Assembly (NCBI GenBank): GCA_963733675.1
Contig: CAVTET010000001.1
Location: forward strand, 672,001 to 736,000
DNA: 64,000 nucleotides
DNA from: an uncultured Methanosarcinaceae archaeon
Lineage (GTDB): Archaea; Halobacteriota; Methanosarcinia; Methanosarcinales; Methanosarcinaceae
Direction: 5' to 3'
Shown: positions 44,187-55,989 of the stretch, in pieces
Layout of the letters: every line of letters begins with the position of its first letter
Numbering within the stretch: position 1 is the stretch's first letter
Notes under the pieces: generated by a model
What the model was told of the DNA's origin: nothing
What the model saw: the letters and a program-made list of their open reading frames with translations, nothing else
The model's database searches: none
Made by a program: the position numbers and the translations under genes

Positions 44187-44947
44187 TTAGATTAAGTGAC
44201 TGCATCTTAATAATATCAATACACCTATAGCAATGAGCACTAAACCAGCATTTCCCACATATTTAACATTCTTCTCGGAAAGCCCAATTTCGATATTAGT
44301 TTGTACTTTAGTCAAAACTATAAGCAATAAGCCTGCTATCACTAAAATAACACTTATTCCCTTAAGTAAGGTATCATTCGAATTTGGTGGTTGAGGCGTT
44401 GCCTTTGTATCTGTACCGTTGAGTTCTACCTTTCTTTGGGGTGGCACTGCAGGGATAGAACCTATAAACTGTTCAAAAGTCTTCGGAGCGTCCCCTACAG
44501 GCACGTTAGGTAGCCGCATTTCAGTTTTATCGTTGATTACTGCGACATATTTGTCATTTTTACATACTACATATACTTCTTTTCCATCAGGTGTGATCGC
44601 AACTCCATAAGGCCCATTACCTACAGAAACTGAAGTAATTTGGTTTGTTGCTGTGTCAATCACAGATACATTACTACTGTATTGGTTTACCACATATACC
44701 TTTTTTCCATCTGGGGTGACTGCAACTCCTATAGTTCCGAGTCCTACAGGCACAATGTCAATGACGCTGTATGTGATCGTGTTAATCACAGAGACTGAAT
44801 TGTCTTTTTGATTTGCAATATATGCATATGTATTTAGGGAAGAGGTACTTTGTGTAGCAGCTATCGAAGCAGACGAAAATAGAATTGAAAATAAAAGTGC
44901 GGTTACGATACTAAAGCTAGTAAATATAGTTTATTTATATTTTTCAT
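44187..44947 (-). pseudogene. YVTN beta-propeller protein with C-terminal TM pair; frameshift in the signal peptide
   Basis: GVAVTPDGKKVYV repeats; the ATG 44947 frame stops after 14 codons and the leader continues in another frame. Confidence 0.7.
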
Positions 44948-46267
44948 CAATACTACTCCTTTATTTAATTCCAAATCGCAAAATTTTGAGTATTATAATA
45001 ATAATCAAAAATCGTTATAATTTATAGAAAATAAAATTCCTTCATAAGTAGTAAAATTTTGCGCATTGAAAAACATATTTTGTTTTTTAATAGGATTTAT
45101 ATATATATTTAATAATCTTCTATCAAAGTGAAATTCTCTAAATTTGCAAAGTCTCACCAAAAAGTTGAAGGAACAGAAGCGAAAACTACCGAAGTAGAAA
45201 TTTTGCCATTAAAAATATATTGATTCTATTAGCAAGGACAATGTTTATGAAAAATATACATTTTTTTGGATATAGTATAACTTTTTATCGGATTTTACCA
45301 ATTTTTCGGGGAAAATAGTGTATTTTTATTGGTTTGTAGCTACGTTGTTTTTGGTAAAAACGATGCGTACCATCGGCTTCGAGTAAAATTAAAAGGCTTT
45401 TTAACCCAAAATTTAAAGAAAAACCATAGTTTTTTTGTGCTAAAATCTCTGCATTTTCTCAGCTTAATCCCAAATTAAACATTTTTTAGCAATTTCATTG
45501 GAGTTATCAAGTCCTGATTCATCTACAAATCTCAAATCAGCTTCACACCATTTTTTTAAAATATTCCCTTCAAGAGTTTAGTATCGTTGAAAGACAATGG
45601 CGGAATCAATGCCTTGAATCCGTTAGCAATAATCAGATAGTCCAGTAATCACCCAATAACTTCATAAAATTGATTTTGGTGGTACATCATTATTTTATCA
45701 AGATGGTTATAACATTTTATGTTAATGGATGCATTTTGAATCAGTTTTAATTTTTAGTCAAGAGTGTATATTATTTTACATTAGATGATTTATATTATAT
45801 ATAAAGGCATTTAAAACTACAAGATGTGATTAAACTGGAATTTAATCTTATTTGCAAGTTCTGGATTTGTAAAATGTGAGCTTGTTTCTTAATTAAAAAT
45901 TGATATCATAAGGACTTGGTAGAATTTACCTATGCGTTTCAAATACTTTTTTGTATTTACTGGACATGTAATCAATAGAAACTTATATATATCGAATATC
46001 TATGGAACCTCAAGTTTTCAAGCACATAGGCAGGAAAAATAGTGAGGTATTTTTCACTATTTATAATATTTCCTACCTAAATTATATAAAAATACGATTT
46101 CCTAAAAATTAATAAATTTAAGATTTTAATGCAATATTAGTGTTGGAATCAGCTCAATTAATAGCATGCTGGAAAGTCACTGTTATTTTGATTTTACTTC
46201 CGGCCCTTCAACAGTCTTTTTGCAAGTTTTTGTAAGTACCATCTAGGGTTTTTCAAAGTAGACACAG

Positions 46268-47404
46268 CTATTTCATATACTTATTTAGGAATTCGAACAC
46301 TTTATCCATATTTTCAGTAGTTCCGAATGGGTATCCATAATGACGTGTTCCGTTAAGTAAAGTAACGGGTACACCGTGACCTGCTCCTTCAAGTAATGTA
46401 AGGGTTACTTTATTTTGTCCGATTGCTTTTATGATTACAGCTGCAAGGTCAACAGATTGCTGCGTTGGAACTAGTGGATCCAGGGTGCCGTGCTGAATTA
46501 AAAATGGGGGGCACTCTGAAGTTATATAATTTGTAGGGTCTGCCTGTTTACACAGGTCCGGTACCTTTGAGACATTTTGCCCTAAATATCGTGATGGGAC
46601 AGAATATTTGGTATTATAAATATGAACTCCTTGTACTTTCTCTCTAAGTCCACTTTCTGTGAATTGTTTATCCATAACACAGAAATTTGTAGGCCCATAC
46701 CAATCAACTACTGCTGTTACATTATCCAAAACGTTTGCGTTGCCGAGAGATGTATCATAGCAATTATTTGTGCCACCTGTTGTGCCTGCAAGTGCAGCAA
46801 GATTTCCACCTGCTGAACTGCCCCATAGAGCAATCTTATTAGGATTTAAATTATATTGCGCAGCATTAACTTTAATAAAACGAATAGCTGCTTTTGCATC
46901 ATTTATTGCTGCTGGGAATTTAGCTTCGTCACTCAAACGATAATCAACAGTTATCACCGCATAACCATGATTTAAACCCTTAAGCATAGGAGCTGTATAT
47001 TGTCCACTTTTATTGCCCTCATAAAATCCCCCACCATGAAATGCTATAATCATAGGGAAGGGACCTTTTCCTTCATTTGACAGATATATATCAAGTTATT
47101 GTGTTTATGATTTAGTGGCATGAGCAATATCAGTGAATTTATTTTTCATGCTTGGTGGCGGTGATATTTTGTCTCCACATCTACATATTTGGTTGCCGAC
47201 TTTCAAGTTGCCGTTATTTTTCTCATTAAATAAACCACTATTCACATTTTCATTAAAGTTTTCGTTGAGACTTCCCTTATCAAAGCTCCCTTTTTCATTT
47301 CAGCAATTAGCTGCACTTACTGTAATCGTCACAGATGCCATAAAAAAGGCTACAAATAAAATACTCAGTGGCTTTTCTGTTCTGTGAAATATTTGTTTTC
47401 CCAT
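46268..47404 (-). pseudogene. Alpha/beta hydrolase (HSL-like esterase) with stops in its 5' part
   Basis: HGGGF, GSSAGG, QHGTLD, GAGH; upstream in-frame leader and LDIYL segment interrupted by TGA/TAA/TAA. Confidence 0.8.
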
Positions 47405-47716
47405 TTAAATACTGGCCATAAAACTGTATTAAGTTTAATATTCGTAAAAATGATTAAATTGTTAGCGGATACAATCTTAAGATTGTTGATATTTTAATTC
47501 GCTTGCCAGTGGTGGATGAACTGCATAAATACGACCATCAAATTTGGAAATCTAGCTAGGATTCTTAAAGATAATTACGATTATAAACTCAAAAGCTATT
47601 TAATATATTCAAATAGTTATCATTTGACATGAATATTAGTCAATTTACGATCCGAGGATATAATATACAGAGAAACATGTATATTAATCTGTATTCAGTT
47701 GACCTATAAACAAGGC

Positions 47717-47829
47717 GGCAGTGTACCGAAAGTTCGATAGAATATGATCGACTCTGTATACTTTTTCTTTCACCACAAAAAAGCAGGATTTCTCGGTTCA
47801 AGTGATGCATAGGTTTAAGAGCAAAATCA
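47717..47829 (+). repeat. Imperfect direct repeat on the 3' side of the Fic gene
   Basis: GGCAGTGTACCGAAAGTT...AATATGATCGAC and TTTAAGAGCAAAATCA recur at 49094 and 49294. Confidence 0.65.
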
Positions 47830-47977
47830 CTGCACTAAATACCAGTTTTGTAAGTCTACTCATTGACTCTGGACTCTGTTTTTGCGATGGAGGAAACGGA
47901 GTACAGAAGCATTCCGAATTTACTGGCCAAAACTTTCGGTACATTGCCAGTAACGAGCTTTGTGCAAAACATAAAAA

Positions 47978-48910
47978 TCAAACCTCTTTTTTTCCATGCT
48001 TGTACAGATACTGCTCGACAACACTTTTTGAACTATACCATATCTTTCCAATTTTTACCGCATCTAAAAGCCCCTGTCTGGACCGCAGGCTGAGATATTC
48101 TTGAGAATAAGGGGTTGCTGGAGCAAGTTCGTTGAGGGGTAGTAGTTCATCGATCCCGCCAGAAATAGAGAGGTATAGAGTCAGGTTTTCATTCACGGCT
48201 TTTGCAATAAAATTGGCAAATGAAGCGAGATTTCCCGCATCTGCAGTTTTAAGGGATTTGTAGTATTTTCCTCTTTCCTCTTTTTTGAGCACGACAGTAG
48301 GGTAATCTCTTGCTATCAAATATAGATTCATGAGGAGACGAGCTACTCTGCCGTTTCCGTCACTGAAAGGATGAATCTCAACAAACCTGTGATGCAGGAA
48401 TGAAGTTGTTTCAACAGGATGCTCTTTACTTTCAGCTATCTTCTCAATCAGTTCGTCCATCAGTTTCATTATCTTTGACCAATCAGGGGAAGCTTTTACT
48501 GCACCGGCTATCCTCACATTTCTGGTACGGTATCTCCCGGCATCATCAAGTATACCTTTAGTCACGATTTCATGGATTTTTTGAATTGTAATTTGGTCTA
48601 TTGAACGTTTTTTCTTCGCGAGCTCTTCCATTAGGTCAAAAGCTTTTGCGTTATTGCTTGCCTCAATATGCTCTCTTAGAGATTTTCCGCCAATGGTCAG
48701 CCCTTCTTCTAGAACGAGTTTTGTCTCCTGAAGTGTTAGTGTGTTTCCTTCTATAGCATTGGAGTGATAGGTGTGTGCCAACCTCATTTCGCCATGCAGC
48801 TTTCCTAAAGCATCTGCAGGAATGGGCCTCATAGAGTCAAGTCTCTTCATTTTTTCATCTATTCGTGCAAGAAGTTCTTTTTGAATCAAGGACGTATCGG
48901 TATTTATCAT
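47978..48910 (-). CDS. Fic family protein with C-terminal HTH-like extension
   Basis: HPFSDGNGRVAR catalytic motif; SNAIEGN inhibitory motif; YSQEYLSLRSRQGLLDAVKIGKIWY tail. Confidence 0.92.
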   Translation of the reverse strand: MINTDTSLIQKELLARIDEKMKRLDSMRPIPADALGKLHGEMRLAHTYHSNAIEGNTLTLQETKLVLEEGLTIGGKSLREHIEASNNAKAFDLMEELAKKKRSIDQITIQKIHEIVTKGILDDAGRYRTRNVRIAGAVKASPDWSKIMKLMDELIEKIAESKEHPVETTSFLHHRFVEIHPFSDGNGRVARLLMNLYLIARDYPTVVLKKEERGKYYKSLKTADAGNLASFANFIAKAVNENLTLYLSISGGIDELLPLNELAPATPYSQEYLSLRSRQGLLDAVKIGKIWYSSKSVVEQYLYKHGKKEV

Positions 48911-48978
48911 AATTCAACATATCCGATAGATATTTACTGATATATATCGGTATCGGCAATGGTTTAAGAGATCCGATA
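48895..48978. promoter_or_regulatory. Duplicated TATCGG-N22-CCGATA operator-like motif
   Basis: TATCGGTAT at 48895 and 48945, ATCCGATA at 48921 and 48971 (50-bp period), spanning the Fic start codon. Confidence 0.6.
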
Positions 48979-49093
48979 TTTCGTTTGTTTAAGAAGTCAA
49001 GAAAAAAGTGACATTCATTCCATTGATAAATTTTTAGATCTAAACTTTCCTTTTTGGGATATTTTTTTCGGTAATGAGCTTATTCATTTGTCT

Positions 49094-49309
49094 GGCAGTG
49101 TACTGAAAGTTTTAGTCGACAAAATATGATTGACCCTATATTCTTTTCTGCCACTACAACAAAAAATGATGCTGAGTCAACTGTTATACTGATAGAGCTT
49201 TTGTTTTCAGTTCTCCTATGGATGTACATGTTTTAGTAAAAAACATAGGTAAATTTGAGATGTTTGTTCATTTCAATTCCTAAAAATTGGAGCTTTAAGA
49301 GCAAAATCA
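49094..49309 (+). repeat. Imperfect direct repeat on the 5' side of the Fic gene
   Basis: GGCAGTGTACTGAAAGTT...AATATGATTGAC and TTTAAGAGCAAAATCA. Confidence 0.65.
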
Positions 49310-49909
49310 GTTTAATACTAAGAAATATAGCTTGATTGTATTAAGTAAACTTAAATATTTGTTGCGCAAGTGAAGCGATAATTCAAGTTAAATGTGTTTT
49401 TATATGCATACTAGTCCATAAAAAATAAAATGGAATGAAAATTTGGGCTACAAGACTGTCTTTCAGACATTGCCTTTAAACTGCTAGAAAAATATTAATA
49501 TGGATACGTTAAAAGCATCATTTTTGTAGCTGTATAAATGTTTGTGCGGTAAAGAAAAACTACGTTTCTTCACCAGATTTGCTTTCCTGTGGTGAAATTC
49601 ATCGCAATAATCTTCCCTCTTTTATTGTGGCCAATTATTATTTTCTCGGAGCTCTTGCTAGAGTTAATAGTGACTAAATTTACTACAAAAACTATACATA
49701 TGTGAAAACAATAACTAATAAAATTTAAACAGAATAATCACTAATCTATACATATTTTGTATGGTAAAAGAAAACAAATATTAGATCGTCATATTTTGCT
49801 GAACTTTTGGTCCACTGCACATTTTTCGGAATAAAAAAGTAAGGTTACCTCTTATTCGAGGCAACAGTTTACAAAAAGCATTTATGGAAATAAATAAAGC
49901 ATAGTTAAG

Positions 49910-50485
49910 TTATATATTGAGTTTTTTCAAAAGCCAGGCCATATTCTGGCCCAAAGTATGCATGGTTCGTATGCCTTCGTCATCTTTTTCCACATCTCCT
50001 TCATCAAGACCCATACCTATGTTCCAATAACTGGAACCCGGGATGATCATCTGAGTTATCGTAAATAAGTGGTTAATTGAATCAAAGACGTGAATTGATC
50101 CTGCACGTCTTACTGCAACAACAGCTGCGCCCACCTTACGCTTGAACAATCCACCATTTGCTCCGGCTACAAAGCCTGCCCTGTCTATTAGAGCTTTAAG
50201 TTCAGGAGTCAAGTCTGCAAAGTAGGTAGGAGAGGCAAGAATAATTCCATCGGCTTCAATCATCTTTTCTATGCAGTCGTTCACAATGTCTTTATCTATT
50301 ACGCACTTTTGATCTTTGTTTTCAACACATTTTCCACAGGCGATACAACCATGGATACTCTTCCCTCCTATATGCACGGTTTCTGTTTTGATTCCTTCCT
50401 TTTCAAGCTCAGCAAGGACATGCCTGACCAAGGTAGCTGTGTTTCCATCCTTTTTGGGGCTTCCATTAAATGCAACAACTTTCAT
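49910..50485 (-). CDS. Iron-sulfur flavoprotein (Isf/flavodoxin family)
   Basis: NGSPKKDGNT, CIACGKCVENKDQKC, LASPTYF, PGSSYWN. Confidence 0.92.
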   Translation of the reverse strand: MKVVAFNGSPKKDGNTATLVRHVLAELEKEGIKTETVHIGGKSIHGCIACGKCVENKDQKCVIDKDIVNDCIEKMIEADGIILASPTYFADLTPELKALIDRAGFVAGANGGLFKRKVGAAVVAVRRAGSIHVFDSINHLFTITQMIIPGSSYWNIGMGLDEGDVEKDDEGIRTMHTLGQNMAWLLKKLNI

Positions 50486-51840
50486 TTAGCTATCTCCTCC
50501 AATTAATTCTCTTCATTTACTTTTTCTCTTCTTTCTGCTTATAAAACTAAGTCTTATGTAAGTAGAAGATATTCATTTTAGGCTCGTTGTGAAATATCTT
50601 AAAGGGAGACTCTGATCCTATAAACAAAACAGATCATAGAGGTCTTGCGGCTAGGTAACTTAGAAAGAAGCTTGATACCTATTCTACGCCTCTTGAACGG
50701 AACAGATGATAAATTATTATGGATCAATGTAACCCTGCAACATTTCATTATTGACTTTCTGATAAGGCCTAGCATTTGAGGCGCAAAAAATCGAGTCCAA
50801 TTAATAATTAAATGAGTTGTTATTAAGGTGGTGTACTTGGATGAAAAATCCCTGAAAAAGATAAAAAGCCTTCTGATATCTAATAGTTGAATAGTTCGAT
50901 TTGATTAGATTTGGTTCTATGATTGGCCAAAGTAAAATTTAGAGATATCTCAGTCCTGAAAATCCATTTGCACATCTGATCTTCAATATATTGAAATTTA
51001 AGAATCTGATGAATTATACCCTACTCATAGAGAAAACTAACAAGTTCAGCTCTAATGACTTTTCCACATAATGCATTGATAGCTTTAAGTAAAATTGCAG
51101 GATCGACGACTTTGTTTGTATTCTTTATCATCTCACATATTCACATATTTTAAAGTCAAAAATATTTATATTTTCAACTTCAACGTACCATCCTATTTCT
51201 GCATAATTACCTAAACTCATGAACCTAAAAGTATAGAGAACCCCCACTCTTTTAATTTTAAACGAGCTGAGTCTTTTTAATACTTTTTTTACATCTACTG
51301 GTAGCATTAATTGGCAGAAATTTTAATATTCCTATGATCTACGGAATGATTGAGTTTACAGACACATAGACGAAAATCTGGTTCTTTGCGGTTTTGTTGA
51401 ATTGAAAATAATTATCCAGTTTAAAAATGATCGCAATAAAGCGATTAACATCGAATAGAAACGTGATTTTTCCACAATAAATTTGTTGAAAGATTATTTA
51501 TATTGCACATCCATTTAGAAAGTGGAAATATGGTTCTCAACCTAAAATAGCAAAGCGCTTATATAATTAATTTATATTGCTTCTTTAGAAAAAGCATAAT
51601 GTTAGATTTTGAAGATTTCGGGAAAATCAAAAATCATTATTAATGGTTAATTGTTTTCTGATTATGAAAAATCTTATGCGGGATTATTTTTTTGTTTAGA
51701 AACTATTCTTCATATAATTAATTTAAAATAACTACGGTGACAAAAATAAGCATCTTTAGACATGTACATTATTAGAACATAAAAATGAATAAAATTTATA
51801 ACATCATATATTTCAACAAATAAATATGGAATGGTATTTA

Positions 51841-51945
51841 ATGGGAAAACAAGCATTTGGCAAATCGATTGAAACTAACCTGCATGATTCACTAGCTTGG
51901 TATGGTAAAGTACTTGCTATAAATAGATTAATCGATTCCGATTAG
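51841..51945 (+). pseudogene. TPR gene 3' remnant
   Basis: QAFGKSIETNLHDSLAWYGKVLAINRL. Confidence 0.55.
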
Positions 51946-51960
51946 TAGGTTAATTAGTTA

Positions 51961-52134
51961 CTTAATTTTCATTTATTTTTCTCCTTCGTGAGATAAAATA
52001 CCGCAGCTTGTTGGTTTTTACCTTAAAACTTGTTTTAATAAAAAATAGGGATTTGCTACACCATCAGGTAAAAATGTCCTATAATTTATGCTGAAAAATG
52101 AGAAAACACATGGTTTTCGCACAAAAAAAATATG
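51961..52134 (+). repeat. Family B repeat, copy 3
   Basis: CTTAATTTTCATTTATTTTTCTCCTTCGTGAGATAAA ... CACCATCAGGTAAAAATGTCCTAT ... GGTTTTCGCACAAAAAA. Confidence 0.75.
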
Positions 52135-52433
52135 TTTTATATAATTCTACACACAATAGTTTGCATGCCATATTACCATTTTACAGTGCAAAGATAGATT
52201 AAAATATAAATACCTTAGTTAATAACAGTTCTGAGGGAAGTTTCCATCTATACAGAAGGCTGCAGGGTATTCGACTGAAATAATCCTTTCGAGGTAAAAT
52301 ATCCAGTAAAAAAAATAAACATGTATCAGAAAAATTTATATTATGTTCTAATTTGCAGAGAAGGGGGTTTTTCAGGGGAAAAATATTTGCTGAAAGAAAT
52401 ATTAGAAGAGAGAATCATAACTAAGGAAATATC

Positions 52434-52892
52434 ATGGAAACAAAACTGATCATTGCAATTGCTCTTATCATCTCAGCTGCTTTATTGGCTGCAAAATTAT
52501 TTCAAGAAGTCAGCACTGAGCAGTTCAAGGAAGGTAAATATATCCATATTGATAGTGTGGTAATCGAGTTTAATAAGTCTAATGCGAATGTCAATGTAGA
52601 ATACCATATTAGCCCTTTCGCTGAAGCGTACATATTCTTGTTTGGGAGCAAGCACCTGGAGCCCAAGATGAAAGAAATTTTTGCTGATTTCAGTGATGTA
52701 AAGATCCTTAAGATAGGAAGTAATAGTGCTTCACTTCTTGTGTCAAATATTTCCCGGAAAAATGATCAGTTCTACCTGCATGAATCCAAAAAATTTGATG
52801 TACAGCCTGGTATCCTTACACTCGTTTATCCTGATGGTACAAGAAGGAATATCCTAAATACAAGCTCTACACCTAATACCTTCTATACATAG
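52434..52892 (+). CDS. Hypothetical membrane-anchored protein
   Basis: 152-aa ORF with an N-terminal TM segment and AAGGA SD. Confidence 0.7.
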   Translation: METKLIIAIALIISAALLAAKLFQEVSTEQFKEGKYIHIDSVVIEFNKSNANVNVEYHISPFAEAYIFLFGSKHLEPKMKEIFADFSDVKILKIGSNSASLLVSNISRKNDQFYLHESKKFDVQPGILTLVYPDGTRRNILNTSSTPNTFYT

Positions 52893-53506
52893 GGAAGATC
52901 TGCTATAACTTTCAATTACTTTTAATTAATCTTCCCTCTTCTTTTTATCCTTTTTTCGTTTTAAGTGTCCTCTAGTTGCAATTAGATGCAATTTATATAT
53001 AATATCTCATTAATTTTATTTTGATCCTATTTTTATAATCATTTCTTCCTTTTAGAAAGACTGAATATCCGAACTTGAACCATAATTTGAATATATTGCA
53101 GAAAAAAATCTATATTAAAAACTCTTTTAATGCTCCGACATTCTCCCATTTATGCAGATGTATAATTTTTTTGCCCTTTTGCTTATTATTGTTCAGTGAA
53201 AGTTAGATTAATTTTTAAGCTACTGGCATATCGAGAAAATAGATTGAATTTTTGTGTACATTTACGGAAAGTGGTGTATTCATTAATATTGATTAATTTA
53301 CAAATAATTCTGTAGCATCTTTTTTCCAAAACGCCATTCTCCTTTTTTAGTACCCTGTGCTCTCTGCAAAAGTTAAAAATATGTTTATTAAAGCTCAATT
53401 TGATTGTCTAGCAGCTGAATTATTTTTCAAAAACCTATTGTTTTAATTTTATTCATATTTCAGGAATATATATTTAACAAGAGAAACCCAATTTGCTTTG
53501 ATAGCA

Positions 53507-54757
53507 ATGGGAAAATTCAAAATAAAATGTCTGAAGTGCGGAAAAGAATATGGTCATCAGTACAAGCTCACCTGTGAGAACGATGACTCCATCTTGCGGG
53601 CGGAATATTTTGAAAAAAGGCTGGATCTACGAAAGCAGCCAGGTATGGGAAGATTTCATTCCTGGCTTCCGGTCCAGGAAGAACTTACTACGGATGCAGG
53701 ACCCACTACCTACAAAAGTGAGGCTTTCGCCAGGGAACTCGGGCTCTTAAACCTTTACATAGGATTCAGTGGGTATTGGCCCGAAAGGGGATCTTTTATC
53801 AAAACCTGCAGTTTCAAAGAACTTGAGGCTTACCCTACCATGCAGCTTCTAAAAGAAAGTGGTGGTAAAGCTATAGTACTTGCCTCTGCCGGAAATACAG
53901 GTCGGGCATTTGCTCATGTCTCGGTCTTAACAGGCATAGATGCCTACATAGTAGTCCCAGATTCCGGAATTTCATATTTATGGCTGCCTGAAGAACCGAA
54001 TGAGTCAGTTCATTTGATCTATATGAGCCCAGGGAACGACTACACTGACGCTATCAACCTTGCAGTAAGAGTTGCAAAACTGCCTGGATTGGTTTTCGAA
54101 GGCGGAGCCAGAAATATCGCCCGAAGGGATGGGATGGGCACTGTGATGCTGGATGCAGCAGTAACCCTCGGAAAAATGCCTGATCACTACTTTCAGGCAG
54201 TAGGGAGCGGAACCGGGGGAATCTCAGCATGGGAAGCTTCCTTACGCTTAAGGGCCGACGGACGATTCGGGCAGAAACTTCCAAAATTACAGCTTGCTCA
54301 GAACCTTCCTTTTGTACCTATCTACAGTGCCTGGCAGGCAAAAAGAAGGGAAATTATTCCTGAAATTGATATGAAGGATGCTAAGAAACAGATAGAGGAA
54401 ACTTATGCATCGGTCCTTACAAATCGGACTCCTCCTTATGGCATAAAAGGAGGACTATATGATGCACTTGTTGATACTGATGGGGTGATGTACGCAATTA
54501 CCAGAGAAGAAGCTCTTGAGGCTAAGGTACTTTTCGAATCGCTGGAGGGGATTGACATACTGCCCCCATCCGCGGTTGCTGTAGCTTCCCTGTTAAAAGC
54601 TGTAAAAACTGGGAACGTTGGGACGGGAGATGTCATTCTCCTAAATATTGCAGGTGGGGGGTACATCAGGCTAAAAGAAGACTTCACACTTTTTCAGATC
54701 TCACCGGTAGCTCATGCCAAAAATTCAGATGTCCTTTTAGAATATCTAAATATTTGA
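53507..54757 (+). CDS. Cysteate synthase (coenzyme M biosynthesis)
   Basis: Threonine-synthase fold with TCSFKELEA, ASAGNT, YFQAVGSGTG; directly upstream of comDE. Confidence 0.9.
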   Translation: MGKFKIKCLKCGKEYGHQYKLTCENDDSILRAEYFEKRLDLRKQPGMGRFHSWLPVQEELTTDAGPTTYKSEAFARELGLLNLYIGFSGYWPERGSFIKTCSFKELEAYPTMQLLKESGGKAIVLASAGNTGRAFAHVSVLTGIDAYIVVPDSGISYLWLPEEPNESVHLIYMSPGNDYTDAINLAVRVAKLPGLVFEGGARNIARRDGMGTVMLDAAVTLGKMPDHYFQAVGSGTGGISAWEASLRLRADGRFGQKLPKLQLAQNLPFVPIYSAWQAKRREIIPEIDMKDAKKQIEETYASVLTNRTPPYGIKGGLYDALVDTDGVMYAITREEALEAKVLFESLEGIDILPPSAVAVASLLKAVKTGNVGTGDVILLNIAGGGYIRLKEDFTLFQISPVAHAKNSDVLLEYLNI

Positions 54758-54831
54758 GTGAGGAGAACTATAGAACAAGCACTAAATATTAAAGGACTAT
54801 AGAATAAAAAAGAAAGCTGAAGAGGTATGTC

Positions 54832-55989
54832 ATGGCAAGTCCCGAAGAAGAAGTTATAGCAATTATGAAAAAAGAAGGTATTGACCTTGCTGCAACTTTG
54901 CCCTGTGACCGAATCAAGAACCTACTTCCTCTTGTTTCGGATAATTTCCCAGAAATCAGGTTGACTAGGGAAGAAAATGGTGTGGGTATTTGTGCCGGCG
55001 CTTACCTTGCAGGGGGAAAACCCATGATGCTAATTCAAAGTACAGGACTTGGGAATATGATTAACGCTCTAGAATCCCTAAATGTAATATGCAAAATTCC
55101 ATTACCTGTACTTACAAGCTGGCGTGGAGTTTATGGAGAATATATTGAGGCGCAAGTTCCTTTTGGGGTTCACCTTCCAGCCATTCTCAAAGGAGCAGAG
55201 CTGGAATACACAATAATTGGAGACGTTGAAAAGATTTATCTCCTTGAAAACGTAATTAAAGATGCTTTTGAAAATTTAAGGCCTCACGTTGCTCTGATAT
55301 CACCTAAAGTATGGGAAGCTTCGAGCTGCTGCAGATGGGAAGTTGCGGGCCTTCCAGAAAAACCGAAGGTTATGGAAAGAACATGCGGGTTTAACCTCAA
55401 GATGAAAAATATCAAGCCATTGATGCTCAGGAACGAGGCAATTTGTGCAGTTGCCTCGCAACTTGATGACGAAATTACAGTAACAAATCTAGGAATCCCC
55501 TGTAAGGAACTTTATGCCTACAAAGACAGAGATCTCAATTTTTATATGTTTGGTTCAATGGGGCTTGTTTCCTCGATTGGCCTTGGAATTGCGCTCCGCG
55601 CCGAAAAGATAGTAGTGGTTTTTGATGGGGATGGAAGCCTGTTGATGAATCCTAATGCCCTTCTTGAAGCTGCAAAAGAAGCCACTAAAAACTTAATAAT
55701 TATTGGCCTTGATAATGGTTCTTATGGGTCTACGGGTTCGCAGGAAACATGTGCTATGCGCTATATTGACCTTGAAATTTTTGCAAAAGCATGCGGGATC
55801 CAAAATACGGCTAAAGTAAACAGCAGGGAAGGTTTAATAGAGGCTTTCAAGAGGTTTAGGGCCATGCAAGAACTTTCATTCATCCATGTAATCCTTAAAC
55901 CAGGAAACACAAAAGCCCCAAATATTCCCCTAAGTCCAGAAGATGTTACAAAACGCTTTAAAAGGGCTTTAGAAGCAGAAAAACTATGA
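54832..55989 (+). CDS. comDE: Sulfopyruvate decarboxylase, fused alpha/beta
   Basis: TLPCD, TREENGVGICAG, QSTGLGN; NFYMFGSMG, DGDGSLLMN, DNGSYGSTG. Confidence 0.92.
   Translation: MASPEEEVIAIMKKEGIDLAATLPCDRIKNLLPLVSDNFPEIRLTREENGVGICAGAYLAGGKPMMLIQSTGLGNMINALESLNVICKIPLPVLTSWRGVYGEYIEAQVPFGVHLPAILKGAELEYTIIGDVEKIYLLENVIKDAFENLRPHVALISPKVWEASSCCRWEVAGLPEKPKVMERTCGFNLKMKNIKPLMLRNEAICAVASQLDDEITVTNLGIPCKELYAYKDRDLNFYMFGSMGLVSSIGLGIALRAEKIVVVFDGDGSLLMNPNALLEAAKEATKNLIIIGLDNGSYGSTGSQETCAMRYIDLEIFAKACGIQNTAKVNSREGLIEAFKRFRAMQELSFIHVILKPGNTKAPNIPLSPEDVTKRFKRALEAEKL

Noticed and set aside
53507-55989. Second threonine-synthase-like gene with fused comDE as a novelty
   Set aside because: This is the established Methanosarcinales cysteate route to coenzyme M.
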